From the IMG/VR virus record IMGVR_UViG_3300033076_001354, positions 1 through 64,000 of that record: a stretch of DNA of 64,000 nt. The stretch is one strand, 5' to 3'. Origin of the DNA: a virus. Lineage: Duplodnaviria > Caudoviricetes. The translations under genes and the position numbers were made by a program. Below, one piece after another: positions 54,637-64,000 of the stretch. The notes under the pieces are model-generated. The model searched no databases. It had not been told where the DNA came from and saw nothing but the letters and a program-made list of their open reading frames with translations. Every line of letters starts with the position of its first letter. Position 1 is the first letter of the stretch.

Positions 54637-55187
54637 TGGCTTACTTCTCCAACTTCCCCAGTGTAGTATACAACGGTGTCACGGCTAGGAACATAATCCT
54701 TAAGTCTGCCATCCTCTCTTCAGTCTTCAAAAAGAAGTCCGCCTTTTATACATACATCGTGAACGAAGGTATGCGGCCAGACATGGTGGCGCACAGCGTA
54801 TACGGTGATCCAACCTATGACTGGGTAGTGTACTTCAGCAACTACGTTGTCGATCCATACTACGATTGGCCTCTCGACACCGACGACTTCAATAAGTACT
54901 TAGAGAAGAAGTACTCTCAGTCGATCTATCAGCTGCAGGGAACCACGAGTCACTACAAGTACACCGGTCTCACCAGTCAGTCCGACGCCGACATCGCGCG
55001 CGTGAGCTGGAAGATGACGACGAACACCTACAACAACCTCTCGGCGGAAGAGAGATCGGGTTGGACCGCGGTCAGCGTATACGACTATGAGAATGAGTTG
55101 AACGACGCCAAGAGGTCTATCCAGCTTTTAAGCTCGAACTACCTCGCCCAGATCGAAAATGAACTCGCCGAAATCTTTAGCAAATGA
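54636..55187 (+). CDS. gp53: baseplate wedge subunit (T4 gp53)
   Basis: YF..FP, RPD.VA..VYGD..YDW, DPYYDWP, YE..LN..KR.I. Confidence 0.88.
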   Translation: MAYFSNFPSVVYNGVTARNIILKSAILSSVFKKKSAFYTYIVNEGMRPDMVAHSVYGDPTYDWVVYFSNYVVDPYYDWPLDTDDFNKYLEKKYSQSIYQLQGTTSHYKYTGLTSQSDADIARVSWKMTTNTYNNLSAEERSGWTAVSVYDYENELNDAKRSIQLLSSNYLAQIENELAEIFSK

Positions 55188-56578
55188 TTGAGAACAACAA
55201 TCCATTCAGCGTCGGGATGTATGATATCTCGATGGCTAAGCACGACGGCTCAGACCCTATGAGCATCGCTGAGCAGGTGGTTGAATTCTCTCTCTTTCAA
55301 TCCATCTTCTCTCCGGTACTCAAGGGCAACTTAGTTGTCGACGACTACGTTGGTCTCATCAACAACTATCCTATGATAGGAGAGGAGATCATAACTGTCT
55401 TCTTAAAACAGATGACAGACGAGGGCGAGAATAAGTACAAGGTTGAATTCGTCATAACGGCGATCAAAGATGTTCTTATCTCAGAAGACAATCGCCACAC
55501 CGTATACAACATCGAGCTCGCTTCAAAAGAAGCCTATCTCAACTCACTCGAGCTTGTGTCGAAGGCGTACGTCTGGCCGGTAGAGCGAATCATAACCGAC
55601 ATCGTCGACTTAAACTTAAAGTCAAAGAAGAAAGTTAAGTTCGTCAATCAGACGAAGAAGACGCGCAAGCTAGTGATCCCCAACATGTCTCCGCTGGCAG
55701 CGATCGACTGGCTGTGCAACTACGCCGTGTCAGAAGACGACAAGAAGTACTACACCTACGCCTTCTATGAGACTCTAGGAGCGTCGAACGCGTCCGATTT
55801 CAAAGCCACGCCTATGATCGAGCCGGAGTTCATATTTAAGGCGATCCAGAGACCCACGTGGAGAACGTCGGTCGACGACGAAGCCCTGACGCTTGCCAAG
55901 AAGAACCCGTACTACTACATATCAAACATCGAGATGATGAACCGCGACTCAGTCTTCTATAAGTCGATGATCAATCAGGGGTTCGACGTCAACAGGGTCG
56001 CAAAGAACTTTAAGTTCAACAAGCGCTTGACTATGTTCGAGAAGATCGTCGGCGGATACTTTGAGAACGAGTACGTTGAGATCAACCTTCAGCAGAAAGA
56101 TCACAAGGTAACGAAGTTCAACATACGCGACGATGAGTACAGCGCCCTCAACTTCCATCAACTCAACAGCAACAAGTACGTCGACGCGGTCATCTCACAT
56201 GAGACTAGAAACGAGAAGAGTCCCAAGACTAAGTACGTCATCAACAGCTATGACGACCAGAGTCAACCGTCGCTCAGGACTAAGTGGGGCAGGGACGCCT
56301 CGTCGTTCTTAGCTTTCGCGCAGGTCGATATATCACTCGTAGTCTACACCGACCTCAAGCTCAGGGCGGGCGACGTCATCTGGTTAAATATCCCAGAGTT
56401 TCACGGCTTCGACGCGGCGCTCGTCGATCAGAAGCTTTCAGGCTACTTCATCATATCAGAGATAAAGAACGTAGTGAGGAACGACGGGTTCACCTATACT
56501 ACGTTGAGACTCAATAAAGACTCTTACAACGCACCTGTAAATCACGCGTCGTACTTCAGGGAGCGAGGAAACCGGTGA
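55184..56578 (+). CDS. baseplate hub protein (gp27-like)
   Basis: SIF.P...G, PMIGEE, IPN..P..AI.WL, L.AG..I.L, SG.FII; position before gp5. Confidence 0.6.
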   Translation: MIENNNPFSVGMYDISMAKHDGSDPMSIAEQVVEFSLFQSIFSPVLKGNLVVDDYVGLINNYPMIGEEIITVFLKQMTDEGENKYKVEFVITAIKDVLISEDNRHTVYNIELASKEAYLNSLELVSKAYVWPVERIITDIVDLNLKSKKKVKFVNQTKKTRKLVIPNMSPLAAIDWLCNYAVSEDDKKYYTYAFYETLGASNASDFKATPMIEPEFIFKAIQRPTWRTSVDDEALTLAKKNPYYYISNIEMMNRDSVFYKSMINQGFDVNRVAKNFKFNKRLTMFEKIVGGYFENEYVEINLQQKDHKVTKFNIRDDEYSALNFHQLNSNKYVDAVISHETRNEKSPKTKYVINSYDDQSQPSLRTKWGRDASSFLAFAQVDISLVVYTDLKLRAGDVIWLNIPEFHGFDAALVDQKLSGYFIISEIKNVVRNDGFTYTTLRLNKDSYNAPVNHASYFRERGNR

Positions 56579-57507
56579 GCTTCGATTTTTACGGTGACAA
56601 CTTCAAGTGGTTCGTCGGTGTAGTCAAGGGAAGCTACTACGACAACACGCGCGTTCGCGTCAGGATCTTCGGCATTCACAGGATGGACGACACGATCGAC
56701 GTGTCGGACGACGACCTTCAGCCCGCGATCGTATTGTTTCCAACCACAGGCGGACAGACGTCGGGTGGAAACTTATCGCACGGATTGAAGACCGGATCAT
56801 GGGTGTTTGGTTTCTTCGCGGACGGCGACAACTGTCAGCAGCCCGTGGTCGTCGGCGTCTTCAACGGCGGCATCGCTTCTTCAAGCAACCTCGGCAGCGC
56901 TTCGCTTGCGGGCGGATCCGCCGGTGACGCCAGAGACACGGGCGGTGGAAGCAACGACACCAGCGTTCCATTGTCGACGCTGGGAATCAGCGGAAAGAAC
57001 AACGCCGAGCAAGCATACAACATGATCTATGAACTCATTGAAAAGAGCGGTAGGTCGGGCGGCAACATACACGTTCAAGTCTCAGGCATCATGGGGAACA
57101 TCCTTGCCGAGAGCAACTGCAACCCAAACACCGGATTCGACAAGCCGGTAGTCGACACCAACGGTGGAAAGATCTACGGCATCTGCTCATGGAACACGGC
57201 CGGCGGACGGCCACAGATAATGTTCAGGAAGTACGGCCAAAGACCGACGCTCGACCAACAGATCTCGTTCATGTGGGACGAGTTTCACAGCACGTATGAG
57301 CGCGCTTTCATGAAGATCATGGCGTCTGGCACCGTCGACGAAGCTACGCAGGCGATGTGCTTCTATGAGCAGCCCGCCTGCTTGAAGCGAAACAGCTACG
57401 TAGACGTCAATGACTCAACGTATAAGCCTAGGATAAAGTACGCGAACCAAGTGTACTCATCGTTCAAGTATACGCCTAGAGACACTTCGGCCGCGAGGGG
57501 CAGGTGA
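56575..57507 (+). CDS. gp5 N-terminal OB-fold fused to a phage tail lysozyme domain
   Basis: WF.GVV...RVRVRI.G.H, V.GFF.DG...QQPVV.G; GIMGNILAES...GICSW..GR...LDQQI.F. Confidence 0.8.
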   Translation: MSFDFYGDNFKWFVGVVKGSYYDNTRVRVRIFGIHRMDDTIDVSDDDLQPAIVLFPTTGGQTSGGNLSHGLKTGSWVFGFFADGDNCQQPVVVGVFNGGIASSSNLGSASLAGGSAGDARDTGGGSNDTSVPLSTLGISGKNNAEQAYNMIYELIEKSGRSGGNIHVQVSGIMGNILAESNCNPNTGFDKPVVDTNGGKIYGICSWNTAGGRPQIMFRKYGQRPTLDQQISFMWDEFHSTYERAFMKIMASGTVDEATQAMCFYEQPACLKRNSYVDVNDSTYKPRIKYANQVYSSFKYTPRDTSAARGR

Positions 57508-57881
57508 TGAGTATAGTTGGACCCAAAGCAGTCGCACAGTACGACTACCTCTACATCACCACGACGCGCACTTACAGGGATGAAGACGTCGACGTATCGA
57601 GCTTAGGTGCAGACTTCGTCATCGACCAGCGCGGGTCGGTGTATCAAAACAGGACGCCGACGCCGGGACAGGCACACGTGGTTCTGGTAGGTGGGATAGA
57701 TACTTATACTCACGCCAAAGATCCTATGGCGCCGATCTTCTACATGACTGAGAGACAGAAGATCACTCTGTACGCTATAATGAGGGAGCTCTCGATCAGG
57801 ACCGACGCCGCGCAGATAACCAGCAGCGACCAAGTTCTCGAGCAGATCGCCAAGTCAACATACATTAACTACGTGGGATGA
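57504..57881 (+). CDS. degenerate amidase-like protein
   Basis: FVIDQRGSV...R, VVLVGG, T..Q..TL; zinc ligands not evident. Confidence 0.4.
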   Translation: MMSIVGPKAVAQYDYLYITTTRTYRDEDVDVSSLGADFVIDQRGSVYQNRTPTPGQAHVVLVGGIDTYTHAKDPMAPIFYMTERQKITLYAIMRELSIRTDAAQITSSDQVLEQIAKSTYINYVG

Positions 57882-57882
57882 T

Positions 57883-59856
57883 ATGTCTAGGGAAGACGTT
57901 TTCAACGACCAAAAGAACACAACGAAGAACGAAACCAATCGAGAAGGCGACGGCCTGTCGGTTGGATCGGGCTGGCACACCCTCGCCGCGAACCCATATC
58001 CGGGATTCGAAGTATCGGTAAAGACCGGCGGCAAGGCGTCTGACACAACGAAGGTGTTCACCGGTCCGGGTGCCGGCATCGCGACAGGCGTTGGTAACCC
58101 AGAAGATAGCATGGGTTGGGTGACGTCTACCGGAAATAAGATCGCGATTCACGCGACACCGGGATCCGAAACAATCGAGCTCGTTCACCACTCCGGCGCG
58201 GCTATAATGATAGACGCCGACGGATCGATCTTTCTTATGCCGACCAGTAAGAAGGGCTTCGGCATGCACTCAAACAAGGGCGACGGTGTAGTCTCTGCGC
58301 AGGGAAGACTCGTGCTCAAGGGTCACTCGGACATAACGATCGAGACCGAGGGCAGCCTGACGATGAACGTCGGTCAGAATATGTTTATGAACGTTGGCGG
58401 AGACATGGTCGTCGACGTCGGTGGATCCTACTCAGAGTCGATCGACGGTGCAAAGACTACTGAAGTTGTTAAAGACTACTCGGAGACGGTCGGCGGCGTT
58501 TCACGCGAGACTGTTGCAGGTGATAAGAGAACGCAGGTCGCGGGTGAGATTCGTTTGGACGCGGGTAAATCCATCGAGTCGAGGGCTGATCACGACATCA
58601 AGCAGTACGCCTCGAAGAGCATGCTCGTCAACAGCATCGAGGATTCATTCTTTGAAGTAAGTTCAGGCAAGCTTTCACTCATATCAAACGACGACACGAC
58701 ACTCGCCTCAAAAGGCGCTTTGTATGTAACCGGTCTTCACGACGTATCCGTCGAAGCCACACAGACACTCGCGCTTCGCTCGGCCAATGCAGTATTGTCG
58801 GCAACCGACACCACATACATCGACGCTTCAAACCTCGTCGACGTTAGGTCTACCGCGACCAAGCTAAGCGCGACCGGAGAGATGAACTTCGTGTCAGGAT
58901 CCATGAAGCAGAGTTCAACGAGCACGATCGACGTCAATGCGTCGGGCGCCATCGACATGAGGGGATCGACGATCGACTTCAACAAAGCCGCCGCGTCTGC
59001 ACAGGCCGTTAGGTCCGTCGAAGTCACGACGCCTAAGTCGGTGCCTGATCCTGAGACTCCGCCGGCAGCTGAGTGGCCTCCGTCTGAGACGATCATCGAC
59101 AACATGACGACGGAGCGAGTGGCTCCAGGATTCTTCAAGAACGCGAAGAAGATGTCGCAGAACGAGATGTCGATCTATGAGAACGAGGGCGACACTCCAG
59201 ACCCGAACGCTAAGGGCGCGGCGTCTATGAACTCAGCAGGCGGATCGCCCTACAGCAGCGGCGACGGCGCGGGTGAGATCGGCGACAGCGGAAACGTTGG
59301 ATTCGACGGATCAAACAACAACTCAAAAGCCGCGAAGAGCTCGATCCCTCTTCCTGTGTCGATATACAACGGAAGCGATAAGCTCTCGAGGAACTTGAGC
59401 GTCGGCGGGTTTCCTGGACTCGGCAGCCTTCCACTCACGCAGATGGGATACAGCCGCAAGGAGATCCTTGAGAACGTTCAGCACTTGGCCTACAACATCA
59501 TCGATCCGGTGCTTGAGAAGTTTGGTGGTTCCGTTACGCTTCTTCACGGAATCAGGCTTGGACAGGGTGGATCGCGACACTACATCGGAAAGGCGATCGA
59601 CATGCGCGCGTCCAGCAGGAATCACGCACAGACGGCTGAGATCGCCAAGTGGATCGTCGAGAACCTTCCCTACGATAGGTGCTTCCTTGAAGCCAACGCT
59701 CAAGGAACGATTCACATTCACGTAGAAGCTGCACCAGCGGGCTCGAGCGGCGCTAGAACCGTTCGCACCTGTGCGGATCCAAAGTGTCAGTCGGCGGTCG
59801 GCGGACTTCAGTTGTCGTACGCACAGCAGGGTCTTAGAAAGATGGGATTCGCTTAA
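57883..59856 (+). CDS. gp5 C-terminal beta-helix fused to a peptidase M15-like domain
   Basis: TPG.E.I...H.SG, VGG/VDG beta-helix repeats; SRHYIGKAID...IHIH. Confidence 0.75.
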   Translation: MSREDVFNDQKNTTKNETNREGDGLSVGSGWHTLAANPYPGFEVSVKTGGKASDTTKVFTGPGAGIATGVGNPEDSMGWVTSTGNKIAIHATPGSETIELVHHSGAAIMIDADGSIFLMPTSKKGFGMHSNKGDGVVSAQGRLVLKGHSDITIETEGSLTMNVGQNMFMNVGGDMVVDVGGSYSESIDGAKTTEVVKDYSETVGGVSRETVAGDKRTQVAGEIRLDAGKSIESRADHDIKQYASKSMLVNSIEDSFFEVSSGKLSLISNDDTTLASKGALYVTGLHDVSVEATQTLALRSANAVLSATDTTYIDASNLVDVRSTATKLSATGEMNFVSGSMKQSSTSTIDVNASGAIDMRGSTIDFNKAAASAQAVRSVEVTTPKSVPDPETPPAAEWPPSETIIDNMTTERVAPGFFKNAKKMSQNEMSIYENEGDTPDPNAKGAASMNSAGGSPYSSGDGAGEIGDSGNVGFDGSNNNSKAAKSSIPLPVSIYNGSDKLSRNLSVGGFPGLGSLPLTQMGYSRKEILENVQHLAYNIIDPVLEKFGGSVTLLHGIRLGQGGSRHYIGKAIDMRASSRNHAQTAEIAKWIVENLPYDRCFLEANAQGTIHIHVEAAPAGSSGARTVRTCADPKCQSAVGGLQLSYAQQGLRKMGFA

Positions 59857-61868
59857 TGTCTATAGATCCAAACACTTTAAAGAACAACAGCGACCTGCAG
59901 ACTTTAAACTCATCGGTCGCGATTCCCACCGTCGAACCGACGAACGTATCTCCATCGACGCTCGTTCAGAACTTGAATACGACCACGGCCGCGTCGACGA
60001 CCACGATCCAAGAGTTCTTGAGCGACGGCAACCTTGAGCCGCCGGCACTCACCGACGCACAGAGGGCCGCGAATAATAACAAGATAGTCGAGGGCAACCC
60101 AGCCGCACGTGAACCTCCGGTAAATTCTTCGGGCGCAACTACGATAACGAAAGACACCGCCGCGTTGAAGCAGAAGGGCGACCTACACGAAGACGGCGCT
60201 TCAGGCGATCAAGACTTAAAGAAAGCCGGTGAAGCGTTTAAGTCGGCCGTCAACACGGCGGCTGGTCTCAACGTTGCTGGTCTCGCGCTCAAAGCACTTC
60301 AACCGAACAGCCGTCCGCGCGATCCGGTAAACAACTACTACCTGACGAACTCAGAGAAGAGCTTACTTGAAAAGAGGGCAGGAGAGCTCGCGGCTCCGGG
60401 AATAGTTCCGTACGACGCGCTTGAAGAATTCTTATACGTACTCTGCACGATCAGCGAATACGAAGACCTGCGCTACATATCAAACGTAGTGGGGATTCCT
60501 GAGCTTGACGACAGGAACATGGTTAGGAATCCATCAAAGATTCTAAACATGCGCGAACTGTATAAGATAGGCTACTTGGCGAACGGCGTCTGCGCGCTTA
60601 CCAAGCAGTTTAGCACGAGCTACTACAACGCGTCTTATGCCGGTGATACTTCTTCAAGCTCGTTTGGATCACTGCTCTCCGTAGCTTCTTTCTCAAGCTC
60701 ACCGCTGGGTTCACTGTCAAACGTCATAGGAATCGCCGCGGCGGTTGAATCACTGGGATTGAGTGGAACCGAAGCTACCGCGGCCGCTGCGGCGTTGACT
60801 GCGGCCTCTTCTATCCAACAGTATCCCGGTGTCAATACAGTCAGCGGATTCATGGATTCAATACTGAGTCAGCTCAGCTTAACACAGTCTTTGGTCGCAC
60901 CGTTTGGAACTCCATCTGGCTACGGCGGGGCGAGCGGACAGATCGCGCAGCTTCCGACGGTTGAGTCTCAGTTGACTTCAGTCGCGACTGAGGCTGAGAA
61001 CACGAGCATGGAGATCGCGAGGCAGAACATAGCTTCGCTCGCGCCGGTCGCAGCTTCACTGCTGACTCTGTCTAAGAAGACTAAGAACGGATTGAACTAC
61101 GTCAATCAACTCTCACCGGTCGGATCCGTGGCTTCGACTTCGGCAAAAGCCGGCGACATCTTGGGTCAGCTTGGAAACGTTAAAGACATCGTCGACGCTC
61201 TGGTGAACGACGCTTCTGGCATCGCGTCGACACTCGGCGGTATAAGCGGTCCCGGAAATATATCGGGCCCAGCGTCTATCCTTCAGAAAGTAGGCGGCTT
61301 CGCGACTTCGGGCGTACTAGCAAACTTGGTTCTCGGTCAACAGCTTCCAACTTCTGTGATCTGCAGGAATCCTATGATGCAACCGCCTTCGTACGCCGGA
61401 AGGGCGTTCTTTGGCGAGGGCATGACTCCGAGGATGTCTGTCGACCAGATGTTCTGCAGGCGCATCGCCACGTTCCCAACCAACCCAGCGGGTTCCGGAT
61501 TGATGTCGTTTCAGATGCAGAACTTTGGGTCTTACGGCGGTGGCATGAGCATCACAAACATGCTGTCGCTGGCGACTCTAGGCGTCGCGACCGCTCCCAC
61601 TTCAGGCGCCTTAGGTACGCAGATCGCGACGATGGCGGCTTCCGTAGCAAGCATCATGGGCGGATCACCGACCTCGATCGTCGACGCAAGAAGAAGCGAC
61701 AACGCGATCCCGTTCATGATCGCCTCTTCATCTGCGATGGTCAACGACACGAAGTGTCCGTTCTCAACATCGGTGTTCTCATCGGGCTGGAGACACGCGT
61801 GCTCGGTCGGAAACGAAGTCCAGAAATACAATCCCCTATTCTTAGCGACGGCCATCAGTAGTCTATAA
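59856..61868 (+). CDS. large Ala/Ser/Gly-rich baseplate-region protein of unknown function
   Basis: 670 aa, coupled between gp5 and gp25. Confidence 0.6.
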   Translation: MSIDPNTLKNNSDLQTLNSSVAIPTVEPTNVSPSTLVQNLNTTTAASTTTIQEFLSDGNLEPPALTDAQRAANNNKIVEGNPAAREPPVNSSGATTITKDTAALKQKGDLHEDGASGDQDLKKAGEAFKSAVNTAAGLNVAGLALKALQPNSRPRDPVNNYYLTNSEKSLLEKRAGELAAPGIVPYDALEEFLYVLCTISEYEDLRYISNVVGIPELDDRNMVRNPSKILNMRELYKIGYLANGVCALTKQFSTSYYNASYAGDTSSSSFGSLLSVASFSSSPLGSLSNVIGIAAAVESLGLSGTEATAAAAALTAASSIQQYPGVNTVSGFMDSILSQLSLTQSLVAPFGTPSGYGGASGQIAQLPTVESQLTSVATEAENTSMEIARQNIASLAPVAASLLTLSKKTKNGLNYVNQLSPVGSVASTSAKAGDILGQLGNVKDIVDALVNDASGIASTLGGISGPGNISGPASILQKVGGFATSGVLANLVLGQQLPTSVICRNPMMQPPSYAGRAFFGEGMTPRMSVDQMFCRRIATFPTNPAGSGLMSFQMQNFGSYGGGMSITNMLSLATLGVATAPTSGALGTQIATMAASVASIMGGSPTSIVDARRSDNAIPFMIASSSAMVNDTKCPFSTSVFSSGWRHACSVGNEVQKYNPLFLATAISSL

Positions 61869-61871
61869 ATA
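61864..61871 (+). promoter_or_regulatory. late promoter TATAAATA
   Basis: Exact consensus before gp25. Confidence 0.6.
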
Positions 61872-61876
61872 CATCT

Positions 61877-62281
61877 ATGACCATACAGACCACCCGCACA
61901 GAGTCAAGATACACCGACATCTACACTAACTTGGACGCGCATCCGGTTAGAAAGGACATCTTTGTACTCAGCGACGCCGACGCGGTAAAGACTTCCATAA
62001 AGAACATACTGTTCACCGATAGGTTCGAGCGATTCTTTAATCCCCTCTTTGGGTCGAACATAAAGAGATCGCTTTTTGAGAACATGACGCCCAGCACCGA
62101 GATGGACGTTCGCATGTTCGTCGAGACGGCCATAAGAAACTTTGAGCCTAGGGTCGACTACTTAGAAGTATACGTCAACGCGATTCCCGACGAGAACGGA
62201 TACTACTTGAAAGTCATATTCTCGATAGTCAATAATCCACAGCTGGAAACTTTAAACTTAATTCTTAACAGAGTAAGATAA
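61877..62281 (+). CDS. gp25: baseplate wedge subunit (T4 gp25)
   Basis: AVK.SIKNI..T...ER.F.P.FGS.I...LFE, I.NFEPRV. Confidence 0.92.
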   Translation: MTIQTTRTESRYTDIYTNLDAHPVRKDIFVLSDADAVKTSIKNILFTDRFERFFNPLFGSNIKRSLFENMTPSTEMDVRMFVETAIRNFEPRVDYLEVYVNAIPDENGYYLKVIFSIVNNPQLETLNLILNRVR

Positions 62282-64000
62282 TGGCAAACAACTTCCTCAC
62301 CACTACCGAGCTGGACTTTGCCAGCCTTAAGAATAGTTTGAAGGCCTATCTGTCCGGTCAGACGAGATTCTCAGACTACGACTTCGACGGCTCAAACATG
62401 AGCGTCCTTCTCGACCTGTTGACGTACAACACATACCTCAACAACTTCTACCTGAACATGGTCGGAAGCGAGATGTTCCTCGACAGCGCGCAGCTTCGTG
62501 AGTCGATCGTCTCACACTCGAAAGAACTCAACTACATCCCTAGGTCAAAGACCTCGGCGAAAGCGATAGTCAACATAACGATCGTCCCGACCGGAACACC
62601 TACGTTTGTAACCATCCCTAAGTTCTATAAGATGTCGACTTCGATCGACAACACGACGTTCACGTTCTCGACCGACTCAGACCACATCGTCTATCCGGGA
62701 ACCAACGGGTACGTCGCATCGAACGTAGAAATCTACGAGGGATCCGTGGTGACCGAGTACTTCACCGCGTCGAACACCGCTAAGTACGTGCTGCAGTCTG
62801 AGAACGTCGATACTAACTCAATCGACGTCACCGTGATCAATTCACAGTATGACAGCGCGAACTCAACTTGGCTCAAGGCAGACAACCTCTATGGTCTGAC
62901 TTCAACGTCGAACGTGTACTTCGTTCAGGGCTACGGTTCAAATCAATACGAGCTCGCTTTTGGCAACGACGTCACGGGCAAAGCTTTGGTCGCGGGCAAC
63001 ATCGTCAAGGTGAGGTACAGGGACACCCTCGGTGAGCTCGGCAACGGTGCATATAGGTTCTCTAAGGGAACGGCGATCGACGGTTACTCAAACATCACGA
63101 TCAGCACGGTGACGACTGCGACAGAGGGATCCGAGAGGGAGTCGAACGACTCAATCAAGTTCAATGCGACTAGGTTCTTCACGACGCAGGAGAGGGCGGT
63201 CACCTCTCTCGACTACGCGAACTTGGCTAAGGCGCGCTTCCCACAGCTTCAGTCGGTCATAGCATACGGTGGCGAGGACATGACTCCTCCACAGTACGGT
63301 AAAGTCGCGGTGTCAGTCAAGCCGTTCGGCACGTCGGGATCCATATCACAAAGCTTGAAGACGAGCATCATCAACTACTTGAATACGAAGAACATCACGA
63401 CTCAGGCAGTCATCGTAGATCCCGAGTACTTCTACGTAAAGGTAGACGCCACCGTCAACTACAACACCTCGGCGACCAACATAAGCAGCGGTCAAGTTTC
63501 TTCGCTCGTCAGAAGCGCGATCATAAACTTCGCGAACACGAACCTTGTTGACTTCGGCGACGACCTGCGCTACTCAAAGCTCGTTGGAGTCATCGACGCC
63601 AGCGAGGGTTCGATCATATCGAACGAGACTGAGCTCAAGATCATCAAGCGCTGGAGCCCGACGGCCGGAGCCGACAGCACCCTCACTTTCAACTTCGACA
63701 ACCAGCTCTACTCTGAGACTGTGTTGTATGAGCTTCCGCAGGGTCACGAGCAGATCGTATATTCGAGCAGCTTCACGTACACCCACACCGACGGAGACGA
63801 CTACGACGCGTACATCGGCGACAACGGTCTAGGCGTTCTCAACATCTATACGAATCAAAACACCTCCAGCGGTCTGGTTCGAACCATCCTTTCTGCGGCG
63901 ATAGGCACGGTTGACTACGCGACCGGTGAAGTCAACTTCACGACGAACATAAAGTCTTACACCGGCAACTACATCTCGATCTACGGTAAACCTAAGAACA
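62281..64000 (+). CDS. gp6: baseplate wedge subunit (T4 gp6), 3' partial
   Basis: ELDF..LK.SL..YL..Q..F.DYDF.GS..S.LLD.L.YNTY, E.FLDSA.LR.S..S; TQERAVT..DY; no stop in the window. Confidence 0.92.
   Translation, partial: MANNFLTTTELDFASLKNSLKAYLSGQTRFSDYDFDGSNMSVLLDLLTYNTYLNNFYLNMVGSEMFLDSAQLRESIVSHSKELNYIPRSKTSAKAIVNITIVPTGTPTFVTIPKFYKMSTSIDNTTFTFSTDSDHIVYPGTNGYVASNVEIYEGSVVTEYFTASNTAKYVLQSENVDTNSIDVTVINSQYDSANSTWLKADNLYGLTSTSNVYFVQGYGSNQYELAFGNDVTGKALVAGNIVKVRYRDTLGELGNGAYRFSKGTAIDGYSNITISTVTTATEGSERESNDSIKFNATRFFTTQERAVTSLDYANLAKARFPQLQSVIAYGGEDMTPPQYGKVAVSVKPFGTSGSISQSLKTSIINYLNTKNITTQAVIVDPEYFYVKVDATVNYNTSATNISSGQVSSLVRSAIINFANTNLVDFGDDLRYSKLVGVIDASEGSIISNETELKIIKRWSPTAGADSTLTFNFDNQLYSETVLYELPQGHEQIVYSSSFTYTHTDGDDYDAYIGDNGLGVLNIYTNQNTSSGLVRTILSAAIGTVDYATGEVNFTTNIKSYTGNYISIYGKPKN

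Overview
This is a 64 kb segment of a large T4-like myophage genome. The host is probably an alphaproteobacterium (Rhizobiales/Caulobacter-like), inferred from a circularly permuted two-piece tmRNA with tag ANDNFAPSLALAA, an 'ATDLP..KAP' outer-membrane protein, NrdJ and alpha-type secreted proteins. T4 core genes: primase gp61, RNase H, gp33, gp59, gp32, gp26/gp51, gp2, gp4, gp48, gp53, a split gp5, gp25 and partial gp6. Other recognisable elements: thyX, nrdJ, glutaredoxin, phoH, dps, a speD-like gene, four tRNAs, TATAAATA late promoters and sigma70-type early promoters. The strongest candidates for undescribed biology are: (1) a dispersed modification toolkit of five radical-SAM enzymes, a QueC-like PP-loop ATPase, PLP, 2OG-Fe(II), SDR and methyl/glycosyltransferases, interleaved with six paralogs of an uncharacterised P-loop/sulfotransferase-like family; (2) late proteins with T4 capsid-targeting-like N-termini, several 9-13% His, carrying ligase-like, nuclease-like and nucleotidyltransferase domains and probably packaged and injected; (3) an ATE/Bpt-like aminoacyl-tRNA-protein transferase next to tRNA-Arg; (4) a likely -1 frameshift joining gp26 and gp51 upstream of a tape-measure-like gene; (5) a symmetric early-promoter hub with apparently leaderless starts. 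All family assignments come from reading motifs by eye; no database searches were run.
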